A stretch of 20,000 nucleotides of DNA. Source: an uncultured virus (IMG/VR IMGVR_UViG_2882593062_000003). Taxonomy: Duplodnaviria > Heunggongvirae > Uroviricota > Caudoviricetes. The notes beneath the pieces are model-generated. The model worked only from the letters and a program-made list of their open reading frames with translations. It searched no databases and was not told the origin of the DNA. Shown in pieces: positions 16,182 through 20,000 of the stretch. The stretch lies in IMG/VR virus record IMGVR_UViG_2882593062_000003; one strand, 5' to 3'. Positions within the stretch are counted from its first letter, which is position 1, and every line of letters starts with the position of its first letter. The position numbers and the translations under genes are program-made.

Positions 16182-16206
16182 CTTATACTTAAAGCAAAGC
16201 ATAATT

Positions 16207-16524
16207 ATGAAACGCAACGTACTTCAACTGGCATGGCGACTGATCAAACAGTTCGGCCTTGACCGCAAAACGGCCCTCCTTCAGGCATGGAAGACCTGCA
16301 AGGTCAAAGTAAAACTGCAAAACACGGATGAGCGCGGGATGTGGGTGCATTTCCGGAAAGTGAACGGCGAGGAAACCTATCGGCTGGTGACGCGGACGCT
16401 GTCGCACATTCCAGCCGATCAGCTGCCGAAAAACTCGAAGGTGGACGGTGTGACCGTTCCCTGCTACGATCTGTTCAAAGGGGCTTGGATTTCCTTCAGG
16501 GCTGATCTGCTGATTGCTGCGTAA
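16207..16524 (+). CDS. WYL_2 / DUF2693 SH3 beta-barrel fold protein
   Basis: LAW....ALLQAW...HFRKVNGE..R..TL...YDL.KGAW.SFR matches the Bacteroidota DUF2693 pattern. Confidence 0.8.
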   Translation: MKRNVLQLAWRLIKQFGLDRKTALLQAWKTCKVKVKLQNTDERGMWVHFRKVNGEETYRLVTRTLSHIPADQLPKNSKVDGVTVPCYDLFKGAWISFRADLLIAA

Positions 16525-16540
16525 ATCGAAATAATCATAC

Positions 16541-16570
16541 GCCCGGCGGCTCAATGCCGGGCTTTCTTCT
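16541..16570 (+). terminator. Intrinsic terminator-like hairpin
   Basis: GCCCGGC-N8-GCCGGGC followed by TTTCTTCT. Confidence 0.6.
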
Positions 16571-16596
16571 CTTCATTTCTAACTTTTATCCTAACA

Positions 16597-17217
16597 ATGG
16601 CGAATCAATCCAAGCAAGAAGGCCAGCCTGTGGCCGAAACCACCACCGACGTCAAATACCTGCCGGGCAACCCGAAACAGTACCGGTTCAATGGACAGGT
16701 CGGCCAGTTCTTCTTAGGGGCCGATAAGGCGATCGGAACCACCTTCACCTTTCAGCCGATCGCGTGGCGAATTTTCGAGGAAAACCTGTTTGCGCGGGGT
16801 CGGAAAGACGAATGGGCAGAGTTGTTTTTCGTCGACGAAAAGAACTGCGTGGCCTCGATCATGTTCAACAATACCTCGGTGGGTATTTTGATGAAGCTGA
16901 TTACTGAGTTGTTTTATGATGATCTGACATTGATGGATGTCGTTCTGACGGTGAAACCCGAAAAGAAGGAAAACGACAAAGGGAAGTACTTTGCGGCCTC
17001 CTTCGAGTGGAAACCGGCCGATCCGGCCCGCACGGAAGCGCTTCAACAGTTAGTCGACAGCGTCCCCATCTTCCGGGAGGACACGCTGACAACGACGGCC
17101 GTCTACCGGCTGTTTTCGCCCAGCTTCTACTTCCCCGATCGGTACAATCCTGCTCTGGGGACGGGGCCGGGCGTCGCTCAATTGCCCGAATACACTTCTC
17201 AGGAAACGGCTGAATAA
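16597..17217 (+). CDS. Hypothetical protein (possible ssDNA-binding / recombination protein)
   Basis: 206 aa ORF, aromatic-rich beta core with flexible, mildly acidic tail. The function is inferred only from context. Confidence 0.55.
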   Translation: MANQSKQEGQPVAETTTDVKYLPGNPKQYRFNGQVGQFFLGADKAIGTTFTFQPIAWRIFEENLFARGRKDEWAELFFVDEKNCVASIMFNNTSVGILMKLITELFYDDLTLMDVVLTVKPEKKENDKGKYFAASFEWKPADPARTEALQQLVDSVPIFREDTLTTTAVYRLFSPSFYFPDRYNPALGTGPGVAQLPEYTSQETAE

Positions 17218-17229
17218 ATCCTACACCCT

Positions 17230-17265
17230 GCCCGGCTACCGATCTGGTGGCCGGGCTTCTGCTTT
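17230..17265 (+). terminator. Intrinsic terminator-like hairpin
   Basis: GCCCGGCTACC-GATCT-GGTGGCCGGGC followed by TTCTGCTT. Confidence 0.65.
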
Positions 17266-17311
17266 CCCATGTAAAAAGGTTTTCCCTCTCACATTTTAAC
17301 TCATATTGATC

Positions 17312-17887
17312 ATGACTACCAGTACAGCGAAGTTTGCCGAAAAAGAATTAAGTATTCTTATTGCATCATCAGACGATCCTGGTAACAGGCCGCTTATTGA
17401 AGAATTTATTCCTGAAATTCTTGCTTTATGTGAGAAGTTTGGTCTTTCTGGACAAAGTGGAGGTTCAGCCCCTTATGCCGCTGGAGCCATAGCTGACGCC
17501 ATCCGTAAATTATGCCTTTTTCAGCCACTTTGTCCAATTACTGGCATGGACGAGGAATGGTTCAACGTAACAGATTTAGGTAGCGAAGGTCAGCTTTTTC
17601 AAAACTGTCGCTTAAGCTCGGTTTTTAAAAAACTGAATGGGAAAGCGTACTATTTAGATGCCATTGTTTGGAAGACACAAACCGGTTCAACTTGGTCAGG
17701 CTCAGCTTTCCTGCCTGGTGGGACTAAAATAATGAGTCGTCAGTTTATAAAGCAATTTCCCTTCACACCAAAGACTTTTTATATTGATGTGATTGAAGAG
17801 GAAATTGCTAAAGATGATTGGAAATTCACAATTATAGACGAAAAACAGCTGGAAGAGGTGTTTAGTTACTACCAGAAACCGGCGTAA
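17312..17887 (+). CDS. Phage hypothetical protein
   Basis: ~191 aa from the ATG at 17312. The GQSGGSA..PL.PITG.DEEW..FQN.R.S.VFK..AYYLD motif looks like a recurrent phage hypothetical family. More AT-rich than its neighbours. Confidence 0.65.
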   Translation: MTTSTAKFAEKELSILIASSDDPGNRPLIEEFIPEILALCEKFGLSGQSGGSAPYAAGAIADAIRKLCLFQPLCPITGMDEEWFNVTDLGSEGQLFQNCRLSSVFKKLNGKAYYLDAIVWKTQTGSTWSGSAFLPGGTKIMSRQFIKQFPFTPKTFYIDVIEEEIAKDDWKFTIIDEKQLEEVFSYYQKPA

Positions 17888-17889
17888 TA

Positions 17890-18543
17890 ATGGACGATCT
17901 AACCTACCGACGCCTTCCCGCCTACGCCAACTCCGATCTGACTGAATTGCTATGCCTGAAAACGGGGCGATCGCTTCAAAAAGCTGATCCCAAAACGCTC
18001 CAGTTCGGCACGATCTTTCACCAGCTGGTACTGGAGCCTGAAAAGCCGGTCGACTGGTCCGGAATCCATGTCAAAGAGCAGTACGCCTTGATTCAAATGC
18101 AGGAGAGTTTTTTGAAATGGATCGACCCTTTCTGGCACAGCCTTCATGATCGGGAAGTAATCATTACCGAAACCGATGTAGCTACAAAACTTCCAATCAA
18201 AGGCCGGATCGATGCGGTTCACAAGATCAGCGGCCGGATTATTGATGTCAAAACGACGTCCTGCCGGGATGCGCAGTCGTTCTACAATACGTTCGTCGAG
18301 TACGGCTATGACCGCCAGGCGGCTTTCTACTTGGACCTTCATGGGATTTCCATAGCCAACTTCCTGTTTATTGGCATCCAAAAAATAAAGCCCTTCGGCC
18401 TGTTTATGATTGATATGGGGGTGAGCGTGGAAAGGCGATTAATGCTGGAGGAGGGCCGGCGGAAGAACGTCCGGCTTCTTCAACAGGCACTTCGGGAAAG
18501 TCAGAATCCCATGGGATGGCGGCCCAGCAGCTGGTCCCGTTGA
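17890..18543 (+). CDS. PD-(D/E)XK nuclease-like protein (DUF3799 / RecE-like)
   Basis: FGTIFHQLVLEP...E...KGRID...IIDVKTT...YGYDRQAAFY motif set. Confidence 0.85.
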   Translation: MDDLTYRRLPAYANSDLTELLCLKTGRSLQKADPKTLQFGTIFHQLVLEPEKPVDWSGIHVKEQYALIQMQESFLKWIDPFWHSLHDREVIITETDVATKLPIKGRIDAVHKISGRIIDVKTTSCRDAQSFYNTFVEYGYDRQAAFYLDLHGISIANFLFIGIQKIKPFGLFMIDMGVSVERRLMLEEGRRKNVRLLQQALRESQNPMGWRPSSWSR

Positions 18544-18636
18544 ATCAGAAAGGTTTCTCTATCAGAATGATAGGTTGTACCTTGCCCGAGTAAAGAATTT
18601 ATTGTTACGGTGGGTAACGGTTCGCCGTTGCGACGG

Positions 18637-18704
18637 AATCCCTGCTTTCAACTGAAGGCGGGGATTTTTAATAAAAATCCCAACCTGGAAGCCAGGCTGG
18701 GATT
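18637..18704. terminator. Back-to-back terminators between convergent genes
   Basis: AATCCCTGCTTTCA/TGAAGGCGGGGATT plus T-run for the plus strand. AATCCCAACCTGG/CCAGGCTGGGATT preceded by an A-run for the minus strand. Confidence 0.7.
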
Positions 18705-18734
18705 ATGTCCTACTCTCTAAAAATGGTAAGCGGA

Positions 18735-20000
18735 TTACCGATTCCGGTACAATTCACGGACAGCGGCCTCGATCTGCACACTGGAGTAATAATTGACCAT
18801 CCCATCAGTAGCATGTCCCATCAGCAGGCTGGTGGCCTTACTGGACAATCCGGAACGGTTGCGCCAGTGATGGGAAAAGGTTTTACGGCCGATCCGCGAG
18901 GTCAGGTATTTATCAATGCCGCACATCTGGGCGGCACAGCGGACGAGTACGTTCAGGTCGTGGACCTCGGCAAACTGGGGCATCCTGCCTGCTCCTCCAT
19001 ATTGTTCCAGCAAGCGAAGCGCCTGTTTGGATAAGGGCACCGCGAAGGGAACACCCGTTTTCTGGCGGGCATCGATCAACCAAAGTTCCTCCGGGTCGAT
19101 CCGGTCACGGATGTCGCTGGGCAGTTCGATGTCGCCCAGGCGTTTGACCCAGTCGTCCCTCATTCGCTTATAATCGACAAAGGAGATTCCCGTCTCGGCC
19201 AGAAAAATGAAGGCGTCAACAGCCTCCTGCGTTTTCGGATCCAGAAAGAAATGACGACTCAGCCGCTCCAGTTCGTCCTGAGTCAGGTAGGTCAGGTTTT
19301 TCTGCCAGTCGGAGGTATCTACCGCATAGACCGATACCGGATTCTGGGTAATGTAATCGCGCTGCACGGCATAGGTCATTACCTCCGTCAGAAAATGGAC
19401 CTGCTGTTTGAGGGTCAGTACGCCCAGGCCCCGCCGACTGCCCTTCCGGGTGACGTATTCATCGCGGAAATACTCTTCCATGGCCATCATAAAGGCATTG
19501 TTGACCTCATAGAGGGTCAGTTTCCGGCGGCCCAGCACCTCTTCCACATAGTACCGCAGATTCTCCAGACGGGTTTTATAGGCCCGGAAGGTTCCGTTTT
19601 TAATTTTACCCCGCAGGCGCCGGCGTTCGACCGAGTCAACGTATTCCTGGGCCACGACCAACATATATCGGGCTGGCTTGTTTTTGTTGAGGTAATCGGT
19701 CAGCAGCATTTCCCCAGTGGCCGGAATGTTCATGGCTTCGTAGCGGGCATTAATTTCCGTCAGGGCCGCTTCCAGTTTCTTTTTGGCCTCTAAGGCATCG
19801 GCCGGCCATCGTCCGGCGTCCCAGTCAGCGGGAGCGCAGTAGTAACCCATGTGGACATCGTGCGAACGGCTGGCTGATTCGCCGGCTCCGGTAACCACAT
19901 AATACATGATGGGACATTTACCGTACTTGGAGGAATGAGGGCGACGGCAGACCCGCTGGCGACGAAGCCAGAAGTTCACGTTCATGATATGGTAAATCAT
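18735..20000 (-). CDS. Bacteroidota-type tyrosine integrase (arm-binding, SAM-like and catalytic domains); start at 20000 or 19985
   Basis: MNVNFWLR..CPIM arm-type N-terminus, TFRAYKTRL, YAVQRDYITQNP, ETGISFVD, RQKTG, SRIGRKTF, MGHATDGMVNYY. Confidence 0.88.
   Translation of the reverse strand: MIYHIMNVNFWLRRQRVCRRPHSSKYGKCPIMYYVVTGAGESASRSHDVHMGYYCAPADWDAGRWPADALEAKKKLEAALTEINARYEAMNIPATGEMLLTDYLNKNKPARYMLVVAQEYVDSVERRRLRGKIKNGTFRAYKTRLENLRYYVEEVLGRRKLTLYEVNNAFMMAMEEYFRDEYVTRKGSRRGLGVLTLKQQVHFLTEVMTYAVQRDYITQNPVSVYAVDTSDWQKNLTYLTQDELERLSRHFFLDPKTQEAVDAFIFLAETGISFVDYKRMRDDWVKRLGDIELPSDIRDRIDPEELWLIDARQKTGVPFAVPLSKQALRLLEQYGGAGRMPQFAEVHDLNVLVRCAAQMCGIDKYLTSRIGRKTFSHHWRNRSGLSSKATSLLMGHATDGMVNYYSSVQIEAAVRELYRNR

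Larger units (their letters stand above)
1939..20000. mobile_element. Prophage-like or satellite-like integrated element (boundaries not determined)
   Basis: Two integrases, antirepressor, XRE regulator and terminase-portal-capsid module. GC rises sharply at about 1900-2400 relative to the AT-rich defence operon. No att sites identified. Confidence 0.7.

Noticed and set aside
18544..18734. Possible tRNA/attachment site or small RNA next to the integrase
   Set aside because: No tRNA cloverleaf or T-loop is evident, and the hairpins are explained as convergent terminators.
18895..18906. Partial match (CGCGAGGT) to the TnpB guide inside the second integrase
   Set aside because: Only 8 nt match and the first guide positions mismatch, which is expected by chance.
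1..20000. CRISPR array, rRNA/tRNA, reverse transcriptase/DGR or retron
   Set aside because: No regularly spaced repeats, RNA-gene signatures or RT motifs were seen by eye.

Overview
The window looks like a Bacteroidota (probably Cytophagales-type) accessory region, judged from TTTG-N19-20-TAnnTTTG promoters and Bacteroidota-style integrases. (1) 1-1794: an AT-rich minus-strand ABC-three-component / Lamassu-like defence operon (small TM protein, CTD protein, middle component, DUF2326-type ABC ATPase running off the left edge). The TM protein's C-terminus and the CTD protein's N-terminus share a ~23-aa motif (FKAKG..[FY]Q..G...IN). This suggests a split, amyloid-like signalling relay from a Lamassu sensor to a membrane effector and is the top finding. 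(2) 1939-6467: plus-strand XRE regulator, operator-covered promoter, atypical tyrosine recombinase, AntA antirepressor, stand-alone LytTR protein, and a catalytically intact TnpB with its omegaRNA but no tnpA and no evident left end. (3) 6444-16083: a GC-rich minus-strand phage morphogenesis operon (TerS, TerL, tail-tube-like, portal, scaffold, major capsid, adaptor/neck-like) with no tape measure, lysis or replication genes in the window. (4) 16207-18543: a divergent operon (WYL_2/DUF2693, two hypotheticals, PD-(D/E)XK nuclease). (5) 18735-20000: a second atypical tyrosine integrase. All family assignments come from reading motifs by eye; no database searches were run.
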